From sequence record PZ445134.1: a stretch of DNA of 64,000 nt; one strand, given 5' to 3'. The first letter of the stretch is position 1. Each line of letters starts with the position of its first letter. Positions 33,307 through 43,770 of the stretch are shown here, in pieces. The DNA is from a phage. The notes under the pieces were generated by a model, which worked only from the letters and a program-made list of their open reading frames with translations, did no database searches and was not told the origin of the DNA. The position numbers and the translations under genes are program-made.

Positions 33307-33316
33307 ATTTTTAAGA

Positions 33317-33682
33317 TTAGATATCGAATTCGTTAAGAACTACATCAAAGATTGCTTCGAGATGTTCAGGTTTAGCTCGGTTACTCAGGATATGACGAAT
33401 CCAAGTTTTAACCAGAAGTTTACGATTAACACCGTTCCAGCAAGGATGAGTACCTAAATCACGTTGACGGAAATCATCATCTAATGCAATTTTGAAGTTG
33501 GAACCTTCCATCGTGATTGAAACCGTGATGCCATTTTCAAATCGCATATAAACGTAATTAGGAGTCATATACTGCTCAATTTCGCATACTGAACCGTTAT
33601 TATGCTTCCATAAGCAAATTGTATCGATAGAACCAGCAATACCGTTAGAAACATATTTACGTTCGAAGTTGATGTAGTTCAT
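33317..33682 (-). CDS. hypothetical protein
   Basis: 121-aa ORF with GGAG Shine-Dalgarno and early promoter upstream. Confidence 0.55.
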   Translation of the reverse strand: MNYINFERKYVSNGIAGSIDTICLWKHNNGSVCEIEQYMTPNYVYMRFENGITVSITMEGSNFKIALDDDFRQRDLGTHPCWNGVNRKLLVKTWIRHILSNRAKPEHLEAIFDVVLNEFDI

Positions 33683-33721
33683 TTTATTCTCCAGATGTTT
33701 AAGTTGTTTGTTGGTACAGGT

Positions 33722-33752
33722 CTATAGTAACACATCCTACAGGAGAGTAAAC
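33722..33752 (-). promoter_or_regulatory. sigma70-type early promoter (GTTTAC / TGTTACTATAG)
   Basis: + strand ctatagtaaca ... gagtaaac. Confidence 0.45.
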
Positions 33753-33787
33753 ATCTTTTTAAACTTTTTCTGCCCTAAACGCACAAA

Positions 33788-33805
33788 AGGGAGACCGAAG
33801 TCTCC
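33788..33805 (-). terminator. UUCG-tetraloop hairpin
   Basis: gggagaccgaagtctccc reads GGGAGAC-UUCG-GUCUCCC on the - strand. Confidence 0.5.
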
Positions 33806-33811
33806 CTAAAA

Positions 33812-33991
33812 TTATGCAACAACCTTTCCAAAACGAGAAGCATCATCTCGAAGAACTGCACGTGCTCTGCGCATGATCTTCTCAACTGTTTGATTAATAC
33901 GAGAGTTCGACCCACGCTTGTATCCAGCGCGTTTAGAGGTACCATCAACTTTCTTTTCTACTGCTTTCTTTGCTTTAGCTTGTTTTGCCAT
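33812..33991 (-). CDS. small basic hypothetical protein
   Basis: 59-aa ORF translated by hand (MAKQAKAKKAVEKK...), Lys/Arg-rich, below the ORF-track cutoff. Confidence 0.4.
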   Translation of the reverse strand: MAKQAKAKKAVEKKVDGTSKRAGYKRGSNSRINQTVEKIMRRARAVLRDDASRFGKVVA

Positions 33992-34260
33992 TATAAATTC
34001 TCTTTAAATGAAAATGCAGGACTTATTGACATTGCCTGCTCAAGCCCTCAAGGGGAACATAGGTTTTGGATATTTAACGACAGGGATAACCATAAACCCG
34101 TCATCATACCGACCACGACTTAGACAGATAACCTTTTTCTGACGCGTGATAGTACAAAATACATTCAAGAGGTACACCGTAAAATTGTCGGGGCGGTACT
34201 TCTAAAACATACCGATTCGCAAATCGATAATCAGACAATTCGACGGCTCCTCGATTTAAC

Positions 34261-34509
34261 TTACTTCAGGGTAATAACAAAATGACGAACTGCTTTACGT
34301 GCTGCAGAAGCCAGAGGCTTAGCATATTTCAATTCATCTTTCTGAACCAGGATATCGCGAAGATCGGCTTGTGCTGGATTCAGATGTTTGAAATACTGTA
34401 AGATTTCAAGAGCTTCGGCTTCAACATCAATAGATGCGCCGTAATTGTCATGGCCATTATTCCATGCATGGCGTTGCAGTTCAAGAGCGTGTTGTAATTG
34501 TTTAATCAT
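34261..34509 (-). CDS. rIII: rIII lysis inhibition accessory protein
   Basis: 82 aa, T4 rIII size and position between the 30.x ORFs and gene 31. Confidence 0.7.
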   Translation of the reverse strand: MIKQLQHALELQRHAWNNGHDNYGASIDVEAEALEILQYFKHLNPAQADLRDILVQKDELKYAKPLASAARKAVRHFVITLK

Positions 34510-34633
34510 TTTAAATTCTCAATTCGAGATAATACTTAGTAGCCACGTTCTTCTGAATTTCACTTTCTTTCGACAAGTCTCTCAGTTGTAGGCTACCGCT
34601 TAGAAGAGTGTTCTCTTCATATAGTTATTTATA

Positions 34634-34966
34634 TCACTTATAAAGACATGGAATAGCTTTATAGTGGCATGTTACGAATTTCTGTTTAATTTCTTTAGGT
34701 TGTTTAAGTCCCAAAGCCACAAATGGATGTGGAACATTTCGAATTTGTCCAACTGGTAGTGGAGTCAAATCACCGACTTCAACAAAACCTTCAGGAACAT
34801 CAGGACCTACAGAATGAACTACACATAGTTCAGGAACTTCACCTTGAACACGTTTACCAATCACAAGTCCTGATTCGGTAACTTCTTCATCACCTGCTTG
34901 AGCTGGTTCAGAAACCAGAATGACATATTCACCAACAGCACGAATTGGGAGTTGTACTTCAGACAT
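34634..34966 (-). CDS. 31: head assembly co-chaperonin (GroES analogue)
   Basis: 110 aa, [28 protein letters not shown]..., recognisably T4 gp31. Confidence 0.92.
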   Translation of the reverse strand: MSEVQLPIRAVGEYVILVSEPAQAGDEEVTESGLVIGKRVQGEVPELCVVHSVGPDVPEGFVEVGDLTPLPVGQIRNVPHPFVALGLKQPKEIKQKFVTCHYKAIPCLYK

Positions 34967-35023
34967 CTTATTTCCTTGTTGTTTGACGATAGATTAATAA
35001 TACTATACTATTCGTAAAGCATA

Positions 35024-35332
35024 TTACATAAGAAGCAAACGTTCCACCGGAGTACCATCAACCGAAATTACTTTATCAAGGCGGAAAGAACGCCACTGAC
35101 CTAACTTGGTGTCGAATGCTCGAACTGATTCACGAGGTTCATAACGAACTTCTGTTGCCGGATTGTTATTTTCATATTTGACTTCAAGTTCATCGCGCGA
35201 AGCAAACATAGTGCGTACCTCACCGTTAGCCTTTTCAAATACAACACAATGAACGCCTACAGACAGAATAGTTTTAATACGTTCACGAAGAACCATAGTT
35301 TCTTGTTCAGTTAAAATCATATTATTCACCAC
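35024..35332 (-). CDS. hypothetical protein
   Basis: 102-aa ORF between cd and gene 31. Confidence 0.5.
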   Translation of the reverse strand: MVNNMILTEQETMVLRERIKTILSVGVHCVVFEKANGEVRTMFASRDELEVKYENNNPATEVRYEPRESVRAFDTKLGQWRSFRLDKVISVDGTPVERLLLM

Positions 35333-35903
35333 AAAAGTTTCGGATTTGTTCCCAATTCAGAGAACGAAGATTATTACGAGAGTACTGAATTACTTCAATA
35401 CCGGCTTGTTTTAGAATGTCTGCCCAATTTTCAGGAGATCTGTCATATAATTCTGCGTATACAACCTTTTTAATACCTGACTGCGTAATAGCTTTAGTGC
35501 AATCAGGACACGGAGAAAGCGTCGTATATAACGTAGCACCTTCAATAGAATTACCTTTACGAGCTGCAAACAAAATTGCGTTCAATTCCGCATGGATTTC
35601 GTTATTAGCAGACCATGCACTATGAGCGGCCCGATGTTCTTTAGCCAAAACAAAATTATCTGCCCGTCCAAATGCTGTAGTGCCTTCTTTATGACCAGCA
35701 ACGATGACCGGGCTTGGTTTATTCTTCAACCAACCGTTTTCGGATGCATGTTCGCAACAGTTTGTACCACCTGAAGGAGAGCCATTATAACCTGTAGAAA
35801 TAATGCGTCCATCTTTTTCAATGACGGCACCAACTTTCCATGAACAACATTTTGATTCTTGAGAAATCAGATATGCAATCTGAAGGTATGTGCTAGCTTT
35901 CAT
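35322..35903 (-). CDS. cd: dCMP deaminase
   Basis: 193 aa; zinc-binding deaminase motifs HAE(L) and PCxxC (SPCPDC). Confidence 0.92.
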   Translation of the reverse strand: MKASTYLQIAYLISQESKCCSWKVGAVIEKDGRIISTGYNGSPSGGTNCCEHASENGWLKNKPSPVIVAGHKEGTTAFGRADNFVLAKEHRAAHSAWSANNEIHAELNAILFAARKGNSIEGATLYTTLSPCPDCTKAITQSGIKKVVYAELYDRSPENWADILKQAGIEVIQYSRNNLRSLNWEQIRNFCGE

Positions 35904-36895
35904 TATTGAACCTTATTAATATAAGTTAACAGCTCTTTAGTTTGTTCCCAACTGATGCACGCATCGGTAATGGAAACGCCATAGGACATATTATCAGAAA
36001 TTTTTTGATTTCCTTCATGTAGGAATGATTCTATCATAATTCCTTTGACCAAATCATTAGCTGCTAAATTTTTACCAATACCAATTTGATTGCTATAATA
36101 CCCATCAGCGTTTGCATGGCTACAGTCAACCATTACATAATGATTCAGACCTAATGCACTTGCTTTGTTAGAAGCTTCTTGAATATCAGAAGAATGATAG
36201 TTCGGGCCGTTAGTCCCGCCACGCAATACGATATGCGTATTCTGATTACCTTCAGCTTCAACAATGCCTACAGTACCATCGACGTCCATACCCATATACC
36301 GATGAGGCCAGGCGGCACTATACATCGCGTCTGTAGCTACTTTAATAGAACCATTGGTTGCGTTCTTGAAGCCTACGCACATCGGTAGACCTGAAGCAAT
36401 TTCACGATGTGTCTGACTTTCAGTCGTACGGGCGCCAATAGCAACCCATGAGAAAATACCAGAAAGATACTTAATCGTGAATGGGTCTAATACTTCAGTT
36501 GCTAATGGAAGTCCCATACGTAGAAGTTTACGACACAATGTTCGTGCAACTATAAGACCGTGGTTCATATCAAAACTTCCGTCAAGATATGGATCATTTA
36601 CAAGACCTTTCCAACCTACGGTAGTTCGAGGCTTTTCAAAATAAACGCGCATCACTAACAGAACATTAGGAAGACGAGTTTGAAGTTCAGCCAGACGTTT
36701 GCCATATTCAACAGCAGCAATAGGGTCATGAATTGAACAAGGACCTACAACAATAAGTTTGCGTGGGTCTTCACCGTTCATAATCGAATTAACTTGTTCG
36801 CGATGAGAAGCCACTTGTGATGCGTAAGCTTCCGACAAAGGAATAATCTCAGCCAGTTCTTTTGGAGAAATAAGTTTTCTGATGACAGGTAACAT
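35903..36895 (-). CDS. 3-deoxy-D-arabino-heptulosonate-7-phosphate (DAHP) synthase, class I (AroG/F/H-like)
   Basis: 330 aa; motifs GPCSIHD, EKPRTTVGWKGL, GARTTESQ, CSHAN, ESxLxEGNQ and SITDACI align with E. coli AroG active-site and metal-binding residues. Confidence 0.85.
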   Translation of the reverse strand: MLPVIRKLISPKELAEIIPLSEAYASQVASHREQVNSIMNGEDPRKLIVVGPCSIHDPIAAVEYGKRLAELQTRLPNVLLVMRVYFEKPRTTVGWKGLVNDPYLDGSFDMNHGLIVARTLCRKLLRMGLPLATEVLDPFTIKYLSGIFSWVAIGARTTESQTHREIASGLPMCVGFKNATNGSIKVATDAMYSAAWPHRYMGMDVDGTVGIVEAEGNQNTHIVLRGGTNGPNYHSSDIQEASNKASALGLNHYVMVDCSHANADGYYSNQIGIGKNLAANDLVKGIMIESFLHEGNQKISDNMSYGVSITDACISWEQTKELLTYINKVQ

Positions 36896-37015
36896 AACAA
36901 TCCTTAGGAGATATAAACAGATTCTGATTCAACAATACCTTTAACCGGATTAGACAGGCTAAGTTGGTAGTGCTCAGATTTATGACCATTCTCGATAGTA
37001 ATGAGATAACTCTCA

Positions 37016-37252
37016 TTATAGTGTTCCATATACTCGAGTTGCTTCAACAAGACCATCACTGCCTAATTTAAGATTAGTAATTTGGTCACCATCTTTAGGA
37101 TTAACGATTATGAGAAAAGAACGAGGAGATTCTTGAATAACTCGTAATGTTGCATCCTGGAAACGTTCAGACACTTTATTGATGAGTGCTTGAGCGAATT
37201 CTTTTACTTTAATCTGAAATTCGTGTACTGTAATTGGATTTTCACTTAGCAT
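37016..37252 (-). CDS. hypothetical early protein
   Basis: 78-aa ORF with early promoter upstream. Confidence 0.5.
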   Translation of the reverse strand: MLSENPITVHEFQIKVKEFAQALINKVSERFQDATLRVIQESPRSFLIIVNPKDGDQITNLKLGSDGLVEATRVYGTL

Positions 37253-37270
37253 TTCGATTTCCTCATTTGT

Positions 37271-37301
37271 TGGTAGAGTTATAGTATCACAACTCTACTG
37301 T
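37271..37301 (-). promoter_or_regulatory. sigma70-type early promoter (GTTTAC / TGATACTATAA)
   Basis: + strand tatagtatca ... gtaaac. Confidence 0.45.
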
Positions 37302-37310
37302 GTTGTAAAC

Positions 37311-37586
37311 TTAAATTGCAAAACATTTAATTTCTTGTGAATCGAAATCAACCTCACATTGAATTACTAGATCAGCGTCAAGTCCAAACACAACAATCAC
37401 ATGAGCCGAGCTTGGCAACAGTGTAACAGACACAGAATCCACTTGGTCCGGCACCAGCGTATTCAAAACGTAAAGTAGTTCAGAGTGGATCTTAAGCTCG
37501 GTGGCCGTATCCGGCTTATCAAAGAAATGATTTGCGATAATCTGACTAAAAACTACCTTTACAATTTCAGAATATTTAGGGAACAT
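37311..37586 (-). CDS. hypothetical protein
   Basis: 91-aa ORF. Confidence 0.5.
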   Translation of the reverse strand: MFPKYSEIVKVVFSQIIANHFFDKPDTATELKIHSELLYVLNTLVPDQVDSVSVTLLPSSAHVIVVFGLDADLVIQCEVDFDSQEIKCFAI

Positions 37587-37593
37587 AATTACC

Positions 37594-37818
37594 TCAGTGT
37601 ACAGTATTTACTTTAACTCGAACAACAAATTGCTCGGTCGGTTCGCCTACAGGAACAAACTCTACATGATATTCGCCTTTGTAACGAGTATTCAGGTCGT
37701 TACGAATTTCGGTAAGCTTGTTGATTAATGTAGAACTCATATTAAGTCCCACTAATTTACGAAGCATTTTGTATGCTTCATCTTCGATTTCACGATGTTT
37801 ATCGTACATAGTTTTCAT
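37594..37818 (-). CDS. hypothetical protein
   Basis: 74-aa ORF. Confidence 0.5.
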   Translation of the reverse strand: MKTMYDKHREIEDEAYKMLRKLVGLNMSSTLINKLTEIRNDLNTRYKGEYHVEFVPVGEPTEQFVVRVKVNTVH

Positions 37819-37963
37819 TTAACCATTCAATTGCCTGGTCGACGTTATCAAATATACTGCCGTCCAACCATTCTTCATGTTCATAGTCCAGCACATCAAT
37901 ACCGAACCGTCCATTTACTAAAGGCCATACTACAAACAAATATTCTTTATGCTGTTCGATGGC

Positions 37964-37990
<27 letters not shown>
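37799..37990 (-). CDS. hypothetical protein
   Basis: 63-aa ORF whose start lies in the first copy of the 77-bp duplication. Confidence 0.5.
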
Positions 37991-39153
<1,163 letters not shown>

Positions 39154-39154
<1 letters not shown>

Positions 39155-39453
39155 TATTTTATTCCTAAGAAAGTTTCAAGAATACGAATGTTATGCTCGC
39201 GCCGGTCTTTATTAATTTCAGCAACGTTTTTATTAATTGACGTACTTCTAACGTTTGAAGAAATAAATTTAATCATATGACTTTTGAGTTGTTGCAAATC
39301 CAACCCTTTTTCTTTAGCAGCTTTACGAAGAGCTTTACCTGCTTCATCTAGTGCCTTTGCAGCATCTTTGTCATAGATGTCAAGTGACGTTCCACGGCAG
39401 ATATCAATATACTCATCAGACCGTTTGATGTAATTCTCTAGTAATGTTTTCAT
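39154..39453 (-). CDS. hypothetical protein
   Basis: 99-aa ORF with early promoter and Shine-Dalgarno upstream. Confidence 0.5.
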
Positions 39454-39480
39454 TTAGATTTCCTCAATTATCCATAGGAG

Positions 39481-39511
39481 CATTATACTCTGCTCCCGAG
39501 AGTTTGTAAAC
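39481..39511 (-). promoter_or_regulatory. sigma70-type early promoter
   Basis: + strand cattatact ... gtaaac. Confidence 0.4.
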
Positions 39512-39735
39512 TATTTTACTAAAGATTCGATATACTCATGAAGAGCTTTAGTTGCTACTGCCCACTTATTCTGATATTCATTTTTCAGATTAGCACGAGA
39601 CTGAACTAACAAGCGGTCGTTAGTCGGAGGCAAAGATTCTAATCGTTGAATCTGACGGCCATAAATCATAGCCGCCATTTCAGAGTCATAGATAAGTCCT
39701 TTAAGGTATTCATGCTGTTCTTTAGTCATTGGCAT
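39511..39735 (-). CDS. hypothetical protein
   Basis: 74-aa ORF. Confidence 0.5.
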   Translation of the reverse strand: MPMTKEQHEYLKGLIYDSEMAAMIYGRQIQRLESLPPTNDRLLVQSRANLKNEYQNKWAVATKALHEYIESLVK

Positions 39736-40016
39736 TTTTCCTCTTTTAAACCACTACGATAATAACATAACATAGTCTTCTGGTCATGTACATATCTTTT
39801 TACGTCGTTTAACCAGATACGAAATTCTTGAGAGTCTTCAAATGGCATTCCAACCCACGGATTACCATCAATAACCTTTACTTGCCATTTCTGGTTATAT
39901 TCAACAATAGATTCTGGCCATGGCGGATGTAAAGTTTCTTTAGGGCTTAAGGGCACATCCTGGGCACATCCGGCTAAAATGCCAATAGATAATACAACTG
40001 CGGTTAATTTAATCAT
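39726..40016 (-). CDS. o-spanin (outer-membrane lipoprotein, Rz1-like)
   Basis: 96 aa with signal peptide and lipobox LAGC; overlaps the i-spanin gene end. Confidence 0.7.
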   Translation of the reverse strand: MIKLTAVVLSIGILAGCAQDVPLSPKETLHPPWPESIVEYNQKWQVKVIDGNPWVGMPFEDSQEFRIWLNDVKRYVHDQKTMLCYYRSGLKEEKCQ

Positions 40017-40369
40017 TCTGAGAGCTTCCTGAGGTCTTCTGCAAAGGAATCGAAGGACCTGTTGATTTGTTTTTCGACCAATCCTGGTTTACTTGCCACC
40101 ACGTTCTTCTTCTTCGAATCCTTACGGAGCTTTTCATTTTCGGCCTTAAGTTGGTCAACTAAAACACGGTTCTTATAAGTCATTTCTTCGATTGACTGAT
40201 ATTGAACCTTGAAGTCGTCTAATACTTTAGCATTGTTTTTAGCTGTCTCTTTGACAGAAGCTAATTCAGTATTCAACGAATCAACTTTGTTGTTTAAGAC
40301 AACTATTGTTACCGTAGAAGCTAGAGCAAAAGCTGCTACTATAGCATAAATCGGATTTACTTTAAGCAT
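40013..40369 (-). CDS. i-spanin (Rz-like)
   Basis: 118 aa; N-terminal transmembrane helix followed by coiled-coil-prone charged region. Confidence 0.7.
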   Translation of the reverse strand: MLKVNPIYAIVAAFALASTVTIVVLNNKVDSLNTELASVKETAKNNAKVLDDFKVQYQSIEEMTYKNRVLVDQLKAENEKLRKDSKKKNVVASKPGLVEKQINRSFDSFAEDLRKLSE

Positions 40370-40857
40370 GTTTTAATAATCTCAATGATTTCATCTCGGG
40401 ATAATCCATTGATAAGAACGGTTTTCGGACCATCACACTGGATTTTGTACGATTCAAACAATACACACAACTCTTCTGCTGTATGATACGGACTTGAAAT
40501 TCCGAGGCGGTTGAATTTGTCGGTAAGAGGGTCGCAAATAATGTAGAATTTTATACCTGCGATATGTACGTTTGGTTGACTAATATTAATGAACACATTA
40601 GCGTCATATTTAGTCAAATTATTTTGAAGAAATTCTACCATGGCATTAACTGCTTCTGGCATCGCTTCACGTTTCTCTTCGGTGTAACGTGTTGAATATT
40701 CCTTTTGCTTTAACTTCTTTTTAAGATTTTTGGCCAGTGTAACACGTAGGTCAGTAAGATAGCCAACTGGACGTCCTTTCTTAAAGACTCGGATTCCATC
40801 TGTAGAATCACCAAATGCTGCCACAACCATATCATTAGTAATCAATTGCATATTCAT
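40357..40857 (-). CDS. alc: putative Alc (inhibitor of host transcription elongation)
   Basis: position between rnlA and the spanins as in T4; start chosen at MNMQLITND with Shine-Dalgarno upstream. Confidence 0.55.
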   Translation of the reverse strand: MNMQLITNDMVVAAFGDSTDGIRVFKKGRPVGYLTDLRVTLAKNLKKKLKQKEYSTRYTEEKREAMPEAVNAMVEFLQNNLTKYDANVFINISQPNVHIAGIKFYIICDPLTDKFNRLGISSPYHTAEELCVLFESYKIQCDGPKTVLINGLSRDEIIEIIKTCLK

Positions 40858-40885
40858 AATTTTCTCCTCGTGTTGTTGATAAAAG

Positions 40886-40917
40886 CCATAGTAACACCTT
40901 CCTTGGTGTTTGTAAAC
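40886..40917 (-). promoter_or_regulatory. sigma70-type early promoter
   Basis: + strand ccatagtaaca ... gtaaac. Confidence 0.45.
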
Positions 40918-40919
40918 CA

Positions 40920-42053
<1,134 letters not shown>

Positions 42054-42068
42054 TCAGTTAGTTTTTTT

Positions 42069-42101
42069 TAAATTGTACCACAATCCTTGTGGTATGTAAA
42101 C
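42069..42101 (-). promoter_or_regulatory. sigma70-type early promoter for rnlA
   Basis: - strand GTTTAC, 17-nt spacer, GTACAAT. Confidence 0.4.
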
Positions 42102-42511
42102 TACTTTTTCTTATGTTGGATATTCCAAGGCGGGTTGAACTTTTTGATAAAAAGTGGTTCTTCAAGGTCCATTGTTGCGATGGCCATTGAACCAAGTTCG
42201 TTAGTGACTGAAAGGTCAAAACATTGGCGGGCCCAGAATTCAACCTTTTTGCCTTGCATTAAGGCATCCAAAATCATAAGTGATTTTCTTGAATCTGAAG
42301 TCTGGTCTTTTCGATTTATGGCTGTTCGATAATAGTTAATGCGTTTCTTTAAATTCTTGGTTTTACCAATATACACAAGTTCGTCATCTATAGCAATAGC
42401 GTATATGACATTTTTCTTATTAGGGGCATCAATGGTTTTAATTGTTGCATCTTCTAATAGCTCCAATTCTATATATTTAATAAAGGAATATTCGGCGGCA
42501 ATATCTTTCAT
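42101..42511 (-). CDS. denA: endonuclease II (GIY-YIG family)
   Basis: 136 aa; VIYAIAIDDELVYIGKT motif; T4 DenA size, position and C-terminus NPPWNIQHKKK. Confidence 0.88.
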   Translation of the reverse strand: MKDIAAEYSFIKYIELELLEDATIKTIDAPNKKNVIYAIAIDDELVYIGKTKNLKKRINYYRTAINRKDQTSDSRKSLMILDALMQGKKVEFWARQCFDLSVTNELGSMAIATMDLEEPLFIKKFNPPWNIQHKKK

Positions 42512-42540
42512 AATAAAGTGGGACCGAAGTCCCGTCCTTA
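42512..42540 (-). promoter_or_regulatory. denA translation initiation region with Shine-Dalgarno and AUG separated by a UUCG hairpin
   Basis: - strand UAAGGACGGGACUUCGGUCCCACUUUAUUAUG; AAGGA lies 23 nt from the AUG with the hairpin between. Confidence 0.45.
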
Positions 42541-43716
42541 GAAATATTTTTTGTATGAATTGATTACATTTTGGTCTACATCATTATCAATTTGTGCGAC
42601 AAGATAAGAACTGATTTCAACTTCCTGAGGAGCTGCTTGAACTAAATCAGAGTTCAGATATTCACGAATCCAAGGATATGGATGCTTGGTCGGAGCATCA
42701 GTGATTGGGCAGGGTAAACCACACTGTTTCATACGAGACACAGTCAAGTAATCAACAAAAGCACACATACTCTGCGTATTGATACCTGGACATGTACCGT
42801 CTTTAAAGAGGTGTGCAGCCCATTCCTTCTCTTGTCTATTTACTTCCATAAAAATGTCAACTGCTTCTTGTTCACATTCTTTAGCAATTTGAACCCACTC
42901 ATCACCATCAGTACCAGATTGAAGTTGACGGATAATGTACTGAGTACCCTTGAGGTGGAGTTGTTCGTCACGAGCAATGAACTTCATAATCTTTGCATTA
43001 CCTTCCATAATTTCCATATTTTTATGGAAGTTGAAAGTACATGCAAATGATACGTAAAAACGAATAGCTTCTAAGGCGTTGATAACATGCAAACAGAGAT
43101 AAAGAGACTTCATTAAATCACGCTTAGCAGCGGCTTCTTGCTTAATAGCACGTTCTAATTGAAGGTCTGCATTAATTGACGCTTTGGCTAGTTCCGTGAA
43201 TTCTTTCTGGTTTTCCCAATGGCGAGTCTTGACTAGAACATCATCGTAATATTTACCTATTGATTCAGCTCGTTTCATGATTGCTTCGTCTAATACAATC
43301 TCATCAAATACCTTAGATGGATCGGTATAAAGATTTCGCATAATATGAGTATACGAACGAGAGTGAATAGTTTCACTGAATGTCCATGTTGCAACCCACG
43401 TATCTAATGAAGGGTCAGAAATCAGTGCCATAAGTACCGCAGATGGGGCCCTGCCTTGGATAGAATCTAATAATGATTGATATTTAAGATTGTTTGTAAA
43501 GATGTCCTGTTGGAACTGAGGAAGCTTATTGAACTGCGCAGAGTCCAACATCAAGTTTACCTCTTCAGGACGCCAGAAAAACGACAATTGCTTTTCAATA
43601 AGTTCTTCGAAAACTTTATGACGCTGAATATCATACCGTGCGAGGCCAAGACCAGAACCAAAGAACATCGGTTCATTCAAAACATCGACTTGTTGCGTGT
43701 TAAAAACTGTACTCAT
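42538..43716 (-). CDS. nrdB: ribonucleotide reductase small subunit (class Ia), uninterrupted
   Basis: 392 aa continuous ORF with di-iron and tyrosyl radical-type motifs. Confidence 0.93.
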   Translation of the reverse strand: MSTVFNTQQVDVLNEPMFFGSGLGLARYDIQRHKVFEELIEKQLSFFWRPEEVNLMLDSAQFNKLPQFQQDIFTNNLKYQSLLDSIQGRAPSAVLMALISDPSLDTWVATWTFSETIHSRSYTHIMRNLYTDPSKVFDEIVLDEAIMKRAESIGKYYDDVLVKTRHWENQKEFTELAKASINADLQLERAIKQEAAAKRDLMKSLYLCLHVINALEAIRFYVSFACTFNFHKNMEIMEGNAKIMKFIARDEQLHLKGTQYIIRQLQSGTDGDEWVQIAKECEQEAVDIFMEVNRQEKEWAAHLFKDGTCPGINTQSMCAFVDYLTVSRMKQCGLPCPITDAPTKHPYPWIREYLNSDLVQAAPQEVEISSYLVAQIDNDVDQNVINSYKKYF

Positions 43717-43770
43717 TATATTTTCTCACTTAGTTATAACTCATCCATGAGTAAATTATAATCAAAAGTC

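Noticed and set aside
32988-33308. 106-aa version of the ORF starting at 33308
   Set aside because: Its first nine codons would be encoded by the UUCG terminator hairpin (MEASASFEE); a start at 33275 with a GAGGAAA Shine-Dalgarno sequence is more plausible.
33890-34123. 77-aa + strand ORF in the rIII-proximal intergenic region
   Set aside because: No Shine-Dalgarno sequence or promoter, opposite in orientation to all neighbouring genes, and low-complexity Phe/Leu/Cys-rich composition typical of a spurious ORF.
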